A DNA stretch of 61,917 bases, counting the filler, from Squatina squatina (Eukaryota): NCBI GenBank assembly GCA_031763465.1. It is 4 parts of 4 records of this genome, joined end to end, with 100 filler letters (N's around TTAATTAATTAA, not from the genome) between each part and the next. Parts side by side here need not be neighbours in the genome. Positions count along the whole stretch, not along the records: positions 1 to 13,416 come from JARFOE010000115.1; positions 13,517 to 32,132 come from JARFOE010322440.1; 2 more parts are not named here. The stretch is one strand, 5' to 3'. A program made the translations under genes and the position numbers. Positions 9,631-21,394 of the stretch are shown piece by piece (within the stretch, counting starts at the first letter, position 1; every line of letters begins with the position of its first letter). The notes beneath the pieces were generated by a model that saw only the letters and a program-made list of their open reading frames with translations, had not been told where the DNA came from and did not search any database.

Positions 9631-11827
9631 NNNNNNNNNNNNNNNNNNNNNNNNNNNNNNNNNNNNNNNNNNNNNNNNNNNNNNNNNNNNNNNNNNNNNN
9701 NNNNNNNNNNNNNNNNNNNNNNNNNNNNNNGTCTTGTCTAGTTTGCAAATAACTTACAATCTCCAAATTGCGTCAAAGTCTTTGATGTCAATGTAATCCT
9801 GCAGATACTATGATCAAAGAGACAAAAGCACAGATCAGATAAGCGCCTTTAAAAGTATTTTATAATTATTTTTCTGTGTGTTTTGCTGTTCCCCCGCATC
9901 CTTTCTCTTTCATAGCTGGTCATCACTGTGCTGTTACCCATGAGCCAGAAGAGCAGGTGAATGAGCTGCAGGCTCCCCTATGCCTTACGTGTCTAACATT
10001 GTGCTGGTGTTCATTGATGTGCAGACAGTATTCTCTGGGATAAGTCAGAAAGGCACTGCCCAGCTGAGATCCTGGCTGTTTGAGAGTATCTCTACTGATG
10101 TTACATGGCTAAGCATTGTGGGAAATTCAGAGTTTGGATTACATCATTTCCTTCATGAGATCTCTAGTCTGATTCTTCCAAAAATGTTAATGCCTGTTGT
10201 ACATAAATCAAAAGGGAGAAGAACAATCACAGAGCAGTTGGTCATATGCTCAGGAGCATCTCTTTTGTAGACCATAGGCATGCAGCACAATCACAGGAAT
10301 NNNNNNNNNNNNNNNNNNNNNNNNNNNNNNNNNNNNNNNNNNNNNNNNNNNNNNNNNNNNNNNNNNNNNNNNNNNNNNNNNNNNNNNNNNNNNNNNNNNN
10401 GGGGGGGAATGGGGAGGGGAGAGGGATGGATACATAGAACACTTTCAAACTTCCTTGGATACCAGACATTTTTCATCTGTTCCAAGCAGATAAAATTATC
10501 AAAAAAAAATGTCAGATTGAAATTACAGACATAACAACTGGGTAACTCTAAGATAGACATCTAGGCAGGCAAATGCACAGATTGTAGTGCAGATTAGTTT
10601 TAGTCTTGAACATAAGGATCAGGGAGATATCAAATGATTCCTAAGACCTTACTATGCAGGTATTCCCAGGGTTACATGAGCGAGTGCATCTTGTGCATTT
10701 GTTGGATTCCAGTTCCACTGTGCTGCTAAAGAAATCTTCTTAGAATTCTTTCATTTAAACGTGGTTACTTGTCCTGAAGGCTGGAAATTATGCTCCTACT
10801 ATGATAGCATTGGCTTATTCATTTCACCTCACATCTTGAGCAAAGCTAAGTACTATAACTACTCTTGAGCAATATACCATAATATTTTTTTAAAATTAAT
10901 TACTTCCTCTCTCCTACAATTTTATAAGTTATTGACATAGTTCAAGTTGCTCTCCCCTCCATGCCGACTCAGTTGCCAGTAAACAGATAATCTCAGAGAG
11001 GCCATAAAGATGGCTGGCGTGGGAAGTGGAAAAATTATTTGTCAACTCAGTGAGTGACCAGGTGACCTCTCATCTTGACTCCTTCAGTGCTGCTCCTGAA
11101 CAGGAAGCTAGGAGATAGATGAGAGTGGCATTTAGGGGTGGCTCAGATTTTCTCCTTCTCCCTCTGAGGATGGTCAAGTTGAGGCTGGGCTATCACAGGG
11201 GAAGGGGAGTCACAGTGGGTTTGTACACTTACCTTTCACCTCTTGCTCTTCAGTTTGAATCCAGTTTAAATGGAGGAGATGCTAATCTCCTCTCTTTGTT
11301 GCTTTAAGTGTCTTAAGTGAAATGACTTTTGGCAATCACAACCCAGTTCTGAGTGAGTGCCCTATATGACAATAATAATTGGTAGCTATTTTCAGAGGGG
11401 ACATAATTTGTGGGAAGTGGTAAATTCACATTGTTACAGTAGAGGGTGGACTTCTGAGTATGGGGTAAAATAACTTAGAGTTGGGGAGAGTAGGGTTAAG
11501 CTTTGCTTTGCATTTTGCTCATGCAAATGTAGACATGAGGTGACAAGAGTGAAGACAGCAATAAAGATTAGAGAAAACGTCTCACTGAGATGAGCTATGC
11601 ATGGTATGTCAAGATTTATTTCANNNNNNNNNNNNNNNNNNNNGGGATTATCTCACTTACATTATCCATGCACAGTCTCTATGCATCTTTCTCATTTAGA
11701 TTAGCTCCGTTTAATGTGTAGGGCATTTATGTCACTGGGATTTGCCACAATCAGAGTCTACATGGTTCTGTCTTACTAAGATTTGCCTTATCAAGAAGAG
11801 TCACAAAGAATATTTTTTTTAATTTGA

Positions 11828-12225
11828 AAGGAAGAACTTGCATTTAAATAGAGCCTTTCACATCCTCTTGACATCCAAAAGTGTTTTGCCACCAATGAAT
11901 TAACTTTGACTGTTTTGTAGGCAAGTATGATAGCCAAGTTACACATAGCAAGGTCCCACAGGCAGCAATGAAATGAATGACCAGTTAATCTGTTTTCAGT
12001 TGTGGGATAAATGTTAGTTAGGTCACATGGAGAACTCCCCTGCTCTTAAAATAGTAGCGCTGGATCTTTTATGTCCATCTGAGCAGACAGAATGGGCTTC
12101 ATTGTAACAAAAGGTGACATCGCTAACAACAGNNNNNNNNNNTCAGCATTGAACTGAAATGCTAGCCGAGATTAACAGCTTAAGTCCTGGAGTGGGGCTT
12201 GAATTCACTCTTGAACCTTCTGATC
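11828..12225 (-). mobile_element. Deu-type SINE, reverse orientation
   Basis: gaacttgcattta tail, gcaaggtcccaca, ggagaactcccctgctct and ctggagtggggcttgaa; same family as 1177-1333. Confidence 0.65.
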
Positions 12226-12866
12226 TAAATCCAAGGTTCACATGCAAATACTAGATTCTCCTCCTCTGTTTCGCTCATTTTCGGGTAGTTCTGGGCAGGC
12301 AATGGTGGTAAATGGGAAGTGATGTGTAACGTTGTGTTCCCAGACATAAAAGTCAACTTTGTGAGTTTCTGCCAGAGATGATGGGGACTGTAGGATATAT
12401 AAATATATAAATATGGGCAGCTGAAGGCAAATGGTAATTAGCGTTATGACATCAGATGCCTACTTTCCATGTTTTTCACATATCTCCTGCCTAACACGAG
12501 GAAAACTGGCAAAAAAACTGACATCCAGAGGTGCAAAGTGGCAATGTAAGGTAAGTGGGTCCGTGGCTTGGGGAGCCTGGGAACGCGGGGCTTGTGGAGC
12601 TGGAAAACGCAGGGTCGGACAGATGAAGTACTGCTTTACATAGTGTGTAACTTACCTTATGCTTGAAATTACAAAATTCTAAAAAGTGCCATATATCATC
12701 TAATACCAATTCAAGCAAACTTTTCACCACCAGCATAAATCTTTTTATTCAGGGAAAAGATTAAGTTGAAAGGTATTAGGATGATGGAAAAACTGCAAAT
12801 AGTCCATTTATTTCAGGAAATAATTATATGTAAGTTATAGTATGTTGATGATCGCTAAAGGTCTAA

Positions 12867-13070
<204 letters not shown>

Positions 13071-13416
13071 TAGTCATTGGAAGTTGCTGTGAGCTCATTA
13101 TATTAACAAGTTTAACGATTCCTTAGTCAGCGTTCGATAGTTGTTTGTCCTTCTGTATTAAGCACACCTCACTGATTGTGCAGGATTATAAACACGTTAC
13201 TATGTACAATATACCATACAGGTTCTTTCCTCAATGAATTTCGAGCTCGGCACGACGCTGAGCTCTTTTCCATCGCCTCTGTCTCCATGCCCACTTCTTT
13301 GGCCAAGAATCTTCCCCCCCCCCGCCCCCCTGCACAGCTGACCCGTTCCCCCATTTTCAGAATTCTCGCTCTACCTGGACCCCTCCCTCTGGCTTCTTAC
13401 CCTCTCTAGATCTTTT

Positions 13417-13516
13417 NNNNNNNNNNNNNNNNNNNNNNNNNNNNNNNNNNNNNNNNNNNNTTAATTAATTAANNNNNNNNNNNNNNNNNNNNNNNNNNNN
13501 NNNNNNNNNNNNNNNN
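13417..13516. other. Artificial join: N44-TTAATTAATTAA-N44
   Basis: Six-frame stop linker at 13461-13472, centred in a 100-nt spacer. Confidence 0.97.
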
Positions 13517-13844
13517 TAATTAAAGGGGACAGTAGCTTAGAGGCCTCGCTACAGCCTATCTATTGGTATTCCTTGAATTCGGCCTAGGGACAGGAAGCGC
13601 TGGTCTCTCTCTCTCTCTCACCATCTCTCCATCAATAATTGCCTGTGTATATGAATTAGCGAGCCACATGGTAAATAAACATCACATTCTTTACAAGAAA
13701 CACTGTATCTGTGTGTGTGTGTTCATCCATACATTTTAAGTCCTTACAATTCAAATCAGGCAGCCGACGGTTCTCTGTATATAACCAAAGCAGGAGTGAC
13801 CGGGCTGCCGTCATCGCACAGCAAGAGTCCAGGTTGGGGAGCAA

Positions 13845-14545
13845 CCAGAGTGTGCGACCTACAAAGTGTAGTGTAAACACTAAATATCAGAGCAGCACCG
13901 TCACCTCTGGAGTAATTATAGGTTCCCACTAAATATCGGAAGAGAACGGTCGCCTCCAGCATAAGTGTAGGTAGTATTGATACCGAAGGAGCACAGTTAC
14001 CTCTAGTTTATGTTTAGGTTGCCACTAAATATTAGACGAGCACAATGACCTCTGGTACAATTATAGTTTGCCACTATTTATCAGAGGTGAACAGCCAGTC
14101 CGACTGTGAGCGTAGAGTATCGGAAGTGTGGGATTAACATGGTCATCCTAATGGAAGAATAGTTTACCACTAGTGCTACAGGAGTACTGGCACCGCTTGT
14201 GTAAGTATAGGTAGCACTAAATGTCATAGGTTTTTCAGTCACCTCCAGTTTAAGTGTAGGGTACCAACAATACCGGAGGAGTAAGGTCACCTCTATAGCG
14301 TAAGTGTAGGGGTGCTACTAGTAGTGGAGGAATATTTTTCACTCTTGTGTATGTTTCGGGCGCCTCTCGTACCACAGGAGCTCTAGTGGAAATGTAGACT
14401 GCCACTTGTACTGGAGGAGCATGTTCATCTCCATTGTAGGCATAGCGTACATCTAGTATCACAGGAGCACGGTCACGTCCCGTTTCAGCTTCCAGTCTAA
14501 GTTTTGAGAACTATTAGCAGCAGAGGAGCACAATCACCTAGTGCA
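13845..14545. repeat. Diverged ~49-bp minisatellite
   Basis: Recurring ggagcacggtcacctctag...gtagg...ccacta; core seen near 13894, 13943, 13990, 14039 and more weakly beyond. Confidence 0.7.
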
Positions 14546-14938
14546 GGTTTCTGGAACTACTATTACTGCTGGAGCATGGTCATCTCTAACGCTGCATCAC
14601 TGTTCCACATCCAGGACTTGTATCAGTGCATGTTGTGGAGCAGTTGGAGCACTGGGAGTGAGTCAAGGGCCGTTTCAGGGCGATGGCTGCTGGTGTAGCT
14701 GGGTCCACCAGTCCTGCTGTAATAGGGTGAGCAACAGTACTGGGAGATTCCAGTTTCCATTCGTAAAGAATGTTCAAATCTTGTGTGTTTTGAAACTGTC
14801 AAATAAAAAACTTTAACCACTTCTCTTAGTATGGTGTGTCAGACAAAAAAACAACTTGCCTGAGTTTATTTGTTAAATGACTGTAACTAATGCTAATTAT
14901 GAGTTAAACATATTGACTCCTTGGAGAATTGATGTGTG

Positions 14939-14946
14939 TATAAATA
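14939..14946 (+). promoter_or_regulatory. Candidate TATA box of the GPCR gene
   Basis: TATAAATA about 85 nt upstream of the ATG at 15026. Confidence 0.4.
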
Positions 14947-15025
14947 TAGGGGTACCCTTCTATTGCCTCAGCCTTGCGCTAGTTGGAGCCTTTCATATCC
15001 TACAGAACTTATCCATTATCAGCAA

Positions 15026-16446
15026 ATGGGGCGACCAACTACTGTGTTGATAAAAGAGATTTGCTACCCAACTCTCGCAGTCGTCGGTGTGCTGGTGAGC
15101 CTTTGTAACCTGTTGGTTGGTAGTCGGTTTTAACTGTCTCCCTGTTCTTACAGTATGCTGCATAAGGTAATGTGTTTTATGGATGTCAGCTTTACACAGT
15201 CTGTAGTGACTGGAAACAACGCGTCAACTGCGTGTCCAGACTTTCCAAATCTCCCTTAATCTGATAACCTCACTGATGTTACAATGATCTTTGAAGGTTG
15301 AACACAAGGATTTTAGCGGATTTCCGGGCCGTCTCATCATCCCGTGCAGAGTGAGCGCTCCAGCGGCTCAGTAAAATGTGCGGGTTGGTATCCCAGGTAA
15401 TGGCTCCAATACTAATCCTGTTCTCACACTGCTCCGTGTTGATAATCACACTGAATGGAGTAAAATGCTCTCGACTGATATCTTCATATATTCAATCAGA
15501 CTCTGGACAATTATTTCTCTCCTCTCTTTTTCTTCCAGCAAACGTGGTGACAATTGTGATTCTCTCCCGAGGAAACTGCGGCCTTTCCAAGTATATCTGT
15601 CTACATGGTGGCCATGGCAACAAAAGATCTACAGGCCATGATCAACAATACAATAATGTATTGTATTTTCAGTTATCACTTTCACTTTCATTCCTATCCC
15701 AGACTCCCCTTTGTAAGTTCATTCCATACTTGACTCTTGTCACCATCGATTTGTCTGTTTGGTTCATCGTCTCCTTCACATTTGGCCGATTGTAGTTATC
15801 TGCTACCAGAGGTTTAAAGCAAGGTATTGCACCGAGAGAACTGCGGTCGGAGTTATAACAACCTTCTCTGCTTTGAATTGTTTCAAGGATATTTCCCTTT
15901 TGTTTGTGTATAAACCTCAACAAATAATTAACAAAGTGCAGTAGGGCTACGGGTGAAGTGTGGCTTCTTTTTCCTCACCTCCAGGTGTAGTTCACGTCTG
16001 GTTTCACAGCACCTGGGTTGTTTGGCTTTCTTTTACTATAATTGTCTTTTTAAAATTATTTAACTGTCCAACGTACTGTAATGACCAATAGAGCCCGCGG
16101 GGGACTCTGGGGTCACAGGAGTGAGAGGCACAGTGATGAGGAGACCGAGAACCGAAGGAAATCCATCATTTTACTCTTTGCAATATCAGCCAGTTTTATA
16201 CTGTTGTGGCTGACATATGCCGTGAGCTTTGTAACTACCAGACTGACAAACACCAATTATTACTGAGGTGACCGTACAGACCCTGGATATATCACCACTG
16301 AAACTGGAGCTTTACCGAAGGTTTTGAGTTGTTTTCAAAACCCGTGTAATTATGAAGCGACCCAGAGGCAATTCAGAGGAGAGCTGAAGATTGTGGTGAA
16401 ATCTCCCTGCTCACTGATTCTGAGATTAGTTCGAAAATGCTGTTAA
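15026..16446 (+). pseudogene. GPR139/GPR142-like class A GPCR pseudogene (exon 1 ~15026-15094, exon 2 15539-16446)
   Basis: MGRPTTVLIKEICYPTLAVVGV|gtgag, ccag|NVVTIVILSRGNCGLSK, YMVAMATKDL, SVWFIVSFTFGR, RFKARYCTERTA, RRKSIILLFAISASFILLWLT, NPCNYEATQRQFREELK; several frameshifts and in-frame stops. Confidence 0.88.
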
Positions 16447-16619
16447 AAACTGACAAGTGAAACAAAAGCTTCCTCATAACTGAAGCTCAATTTCATTGGC
16501 TTTCCCATTGTATAAAGTCCTTCTTTCTGCTAATGTGAAAATGGAAGATTACTTGTGTGAACATTTCTTCCATTTTGTTGCACGCATTGCTTTCGTTCTT
16601 CACGCTCATGTCAGAAAGG

Positions 16620-17120
16620 GAGCGAATTTCTGAGTTTATTAAGGATAGTTTTCTGGAGCACTATGTCCTACAATGAACAAGGGGGCAGGCCGAACTAGAA
16701 TTGATAATGAGTAATGAGCCACATTTAGTTAACAGCCTAACTGGTTGTCAGCATTTATCCAATATCGATCATAACATGATCGAGTTCAATGTCGTGCTTC
16801 AAAGAGTTGAAACACGAAACAGCTACTAAAATGCTAGATTTATATGAGGCTGACTTCAATGCGATGAGAGAGAGAGAGAGACTACCCACAGTGAACTGTG
16901 CAATACTGTTAATGGCTAATTTGACAGAAGATCAGTGGGAGTTGTTCAAAAAATAATTTAACGTGATACTGAACAAGGGGCAAGGGCTCTACTTCCCAAT
17001 AAAGCTGTCAGGGAGTAAAAAGGTAAGGGACAGCCTAAAACTAAAAGTAAAAGCATATAAAATTCAAAAGCCACCTCAGATCCTAGCAAATGGGAGAGAT
17101 ACAAGGAACAGCAAAGAACA
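16620..17120 (+). mobile_element. Decayed CR1 ORF2 fragment (end of the endonuclease region)
   Basis: Parallels 18200-18700 of the next CR1 (aatgagccacatttagttaacagc; gatcataacatgatcgagttc). Confidence 0.7.
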
Positions 17121-17309
17121 GAGTGAGGGAAGAGGGTGGGGCAGGATCCAGCCGTTTTAGTCCATGTTTGGCCCGAAAACTTAGGAAAGACTCGACAGGA
17201 TTCTTGTTCAGAGAATAAAAGGAACTAGGGGCTACATTAAAAATCAGGAACTCAAGGATTATAATCTCTATTATTACCTGAGCAAGTGCGAATTGGAATA
17301 TGAGCAAAA

Positions 17310-20145
17310 TGATTAGAAGATGTCACGTGACTACAGATGAGACAAAGAGGGATTCCATTTCTTGGGACACTGGCACAAGTACTGAGACAGGAAGGAGCTG
17401 TATCACTGGGACAGGCTAAAACCTGAACGGGGCTGGGACCAGGTTTCCAGCAGAAATGATTATGAAGGTGACCACAACGATGTTAAGCTATAGAAGAGGT
17501 TACAGTAATCGTCTAACATTTTCCGTTAGGTACTACAGATAAAGTAAATCTAAAATATGTAAATGGTCGGTGGAGGGTTCTGAAAAATGGCAGTATCTAT
17601 ACTAATTCCAAAACAAATGAAAAAGAAGAGGTTACAGTAATCGGCAAACATTTTCCGTTAGGTACTACAGATAAAGTAAATCTAAAATATGTAAATTAAT
17701 TAATTCAGGAGCGAGAAATAAGAAATGTGTGGGAGAAGGAACATTGGAGCAAAACGACAGGATATAGTGTGTGGCCTAATTAAGTGTTCTTTTTATAAAC
17801 GCTCAGAGTATAAGGAACAAATTGAAAGAAATGTAGGCCTAAATTCAACTTAGAGGACAGGACATGGTAGCTGTTACTGAGGCATGGCTGCACAACGGTC
17901 AGGAATGGGGACTGAATATAACAGGTTATAAGATCTACAGGAAAGATAGGGAAGCTGGAAGAGCGGCAGGATTAAGGCTGAAAGAAACTCAATGATAAGA
18001 GTAAGCAGGTATTAGAGACTTCATGGGTGTAAGCAACAAATAGAAAACGATTCAGCACCGTCATGGAAATTATATATAGGACAATGGGCAGCAGCTGTGA
18101 AGTGCCAGAATGTATAAATGCAGAAATTAGACAAGCATTCGGTAAAGGCAGTTTTGTTTTAATAGCAGCCTTAAACTTCCATATAAATTGAGATAAGATG
18201 ACGAGCGAAATTCTAGAGTGTGTTCGGGACAGTTTCCTACCACAATAGGCTCGAGAACCAAGAAAGAGGCAGACCAAATTCGATTGATTAATAAGTAATG
18301 AGCCATATTTAGTTAACAGCTTGATGGTGCATGAATATTTATCTAATAGCGAGCGTAATATGATTCGGTTATATGCCAGTTTTTGAAAGGCAGAAACCCG
18401 AAACATCTCCTAAAATTTTAGATTTAGGGAAGGCCGACTTCAACAAGATGAGGCAGATACTGATCACAGTAAACTGGACGAATTTGTTAATGGACAAAAC
18501 AAGGGAATATAATTGGGAGGTGGCCAAGAATGTGATTAAAAAAAAAGAACAATTTAGACCCCTCAGCAGCAACAGCTCGAATTGCCTTATCAAAAACAGC
18601 CATGGGCGACGAAACATAAAACAAAAAGAAAAATCAGACAAATATGCAAACTATATCATTGAGCCTGGCGATTGTGCAAGATAGAAAGCTCAGCAAAGGA
18701 TTACGTGGCAAATAGTAGAACCTACAAAAAGGGAAGTATGAAAAGAAACTTGCGAGTGATTAAAAAACCATTTTATTTTGCAATTGTATTGTGAGTGGCC
18801 AGCAGCAATGTTGCAATCTTGAAAACAGATATCGATGGTTTTGAAAATGAAAATCAGGAAATAGTGGACAGGTTGAAGAATTACTTTGTGGGAATATTTG
18901 CAATTAACGAAGCGGAGAGTATGGCAGGCATCCCAAAGAAACTAATATTTAATTAGCGACGGAAAGTCACTAAAATTAACGTAAGCAAAACTACAGTAAT
19001 GAAGAAAATAATGGCACAAATCCTCAGACCCAGATGGTTTCCATCTCAGCGTTTTAAAGGAAGCAGGTGAGAACATTGCAGATGCTCTAACTATATTTTT
19101 CCAAATTTCTCTCTATTCTATAAGCATTCATTTAGAATGTAAAATTGTGCAATCATTCTGCTATTTACGAAATATGACGAGTGAAACCAGGGAATTACAG
19201 ATCAGTTAGACTAAAATCTGTTGACAGAAAATTGCTCGAATCTATAATTAAGGAGAGGGTGACTGAAAGACTTGAACATGTTCGGCTGATCAGAGAGAGC
19301 AAACGTGGATTTGTAAATGGTGGATCCTGCCTGACAAACCTGATAGAAATTTGGAAGAGTTGATTAATGTAGTGGATAGAAGAATACCTAATGGGTGTTA
19401 TTTATATTCGCTTCCGGAAGACATTTGATTCAGTACCTCCTAAGAGACGGTTAGTTAAATTTGAAGCTCATGGAATTGAAGACAAATCATGGATATGGTT
19501 AGGAAAGTGGTTGAGCCACAGGAGGCCGGCAGTAGGGATATTGGACAGACAATCGAACTGTTAGGATGTGAATAGTGTTGTCCCACAATGATTTGTGTCG
19601 GGGCCTCAAAACTCACCATATTTGTTAAGGACTTAGAAGATGGGACGGAAAGCTAAATACCCATGGTTTCCGATGACACAAATATAGGTGGCATTGTTAG
19701 CCGTGCAGATGGAAGCATGAAATTACAAAGAAGTAGCAATAGATTAAGTGAATGGACAAAACTGTGGCAAATGGATTTCAATGTAGGCAAATGCGAGGAG
19801 AAAGCGGGAATCTGGCAATGAGATAGAAGATCAGCCATGATCGTATTGAATGGCAGAGCAGGCTCGAAGGGCCGAGTGGCCTACTCCTGCTCCATTTTCT
19901 ATGTTTCTCTGTCTTCCATTTTGGGCCTAAAAAGGATAGCACAGGATACTTAATAAATGGTGAAAAGCTAGAACCAGTCGAGAACAAAACAGACTTGATG
20001 GTCCATATGTATATATTATCAAAGTTTCATTGGCAAGTACAAAAAAATAAGCAGAAAGGCTAAGGGATTGCTGAGCTTTATATCCAGGAACTGGAACGAA
20101 AGGGGGTAGAACTATGCTGCAGTTGTACAACAAAATGGTTAGCTT
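17310..20145 (+). mobile_element. Long decayed CR1 LINE (end of ORF1, endonuclease and RT)
   Basis: NAQSIRNK, VAVTEAWL, PDGFH, KPGNYRSV, GFVNGGSCLTNL, DDT and WQMDFNVGKCE motifs with many stops and frameshifts. Confidence 0.9.
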
Positions 20146-20224
20146 ACTGGGCTGAATGTGCTGTTGCTGTGCCTGAAACTGGTGCCAAGTTTGATGGCGG
20201 GTGGTCCTTCGGGTTTTACTCTTA

Positions 20225-20470
20225 TTATTTCTTGTAGCTGTTTTGTACAACTGAGTGGCTAGCTATTCCAGTTCACAGGGCAGTAAAGACTCAACTACAT
20301 TGCTGTGGGTCTGGAGTCACATATAGGCCAGGCCAAGTAAGGCCAGCAGAGTTACTTCCCTGAAGAATATTAGTGAGCCAGATGGATTTTTACGACAATC
20401 CAGTAGTTTCATTAATTATGCATTTCCCAGCTGCTGTGGGGGGATTTCAAATCACTTCTCCGGATTATAA
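20225..20470 (-). mobile_element. SINE fragment, reverse copy of the family at 26608-27063
   Basis: tgggtctggagtcacatataggcca and tttacgacaatccagtagtttcat are reverse complements of motifs at 26765-26850. Confidence 0.7.
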
Positions 20471-20550
20471 ATCAAGACTACCAGGTCACCTTTGAAAAAT
20501 GAGTGCTAAGGCTTTCAGGAGCTTAGATAGGACACACGTCCCAAGACAAA

Positions 20551-21115
20551 GGGAGAGAAATTATTTTCCTATTGTGCCCCATTAGCACCTGGGAAGAAAA
20601 AACGGCGCCGGGAGACGGACATCTCGCCTCCCAGGAAATTCAGCTGTAGCGAGCGCCTGGCTATCTCAATTTCAACGCAAGTTGGCATGTGACGTCATAA
20701 AGATGCGGGCGCAGCACAGCTGTAACCCAACCTGTCGCTGAGTGGACCAATGAAAGGGGAAATGTGTTCGCCTCCGGCCGCCAACTTACCTTCTCGCCGG
20801 GCTTTGGTGGCCCATGGCCGGATCAGGCCAGGGTACCTGGTGGCCCAGCGTCAGGTGGTGGGAACCAGTCTGGATGGCCAGCGGCCTTCCACTTTACGGT
20901 AGGCCTGGAGCGTGCAACAATGCCATTGACGTCGCTGGCCTGTCGCTGATCCCACGTAAGCGACGTTCCAGGCCAGGCGCCCCAGTTCTGTCCAGGAGCG
21001 AGGCCGACTCGCCTCACTTCCGCCCAGAAACCACGAGTTCTGCCGCAGGCGGAGAGGGACTGGAACCGGCGCGGGAAATGCTGTCTCCTGCTCGGTGAGA
21101 ATCAATTTTGGCCCG
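20551..21115. mobile_element. GC-rich MITE or non-autonomous DNA transposon inserted in a CR1 3' region
   Basis: Imperfect ends gggagagaaatt and aattttggcccg, AAA on both flanks; the right flank continues as CR1-like aaagggtagtggaa. Confidence 0.55.
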
Positions 21116-21394
21116 AAAGGGTAGTGGAAGTTTGCAAGTTTCTTCCACAAATAGAAGTTGATGCTGGGTCAAGTGTTCATTTTAATTCTCAAAATGACAG
21201 ATCAAAGATAATAATGATGAGGTTCAGCAGTGGAGTCGGACATACGGACAACAGAGGAATCCACCTTACACTGCAGATACGTGGATCAGGCCCGCCACTT
21301 TAAAATTATCATTAAACTTTCATTTGATGCCGAATCAACCAAAGATCTTGCGATCGACGGTATTGGTAAATTCACTGGAAGTTTGGTGTGAATA

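Noticed and set aside
10651-10790. Possible extra minus-strand exon (ag...gtaag boundaries)
   Set aside because: Stops occur in the frames examined and there is no Gly-X-Y or other recognisable peptide
13461-13472. TTAATTAATTAA as a biological palindrome or piggyBac footprint
   Set aside because: It appears identically three times, each centred in 44+44 Ns, so it is an assembly linker
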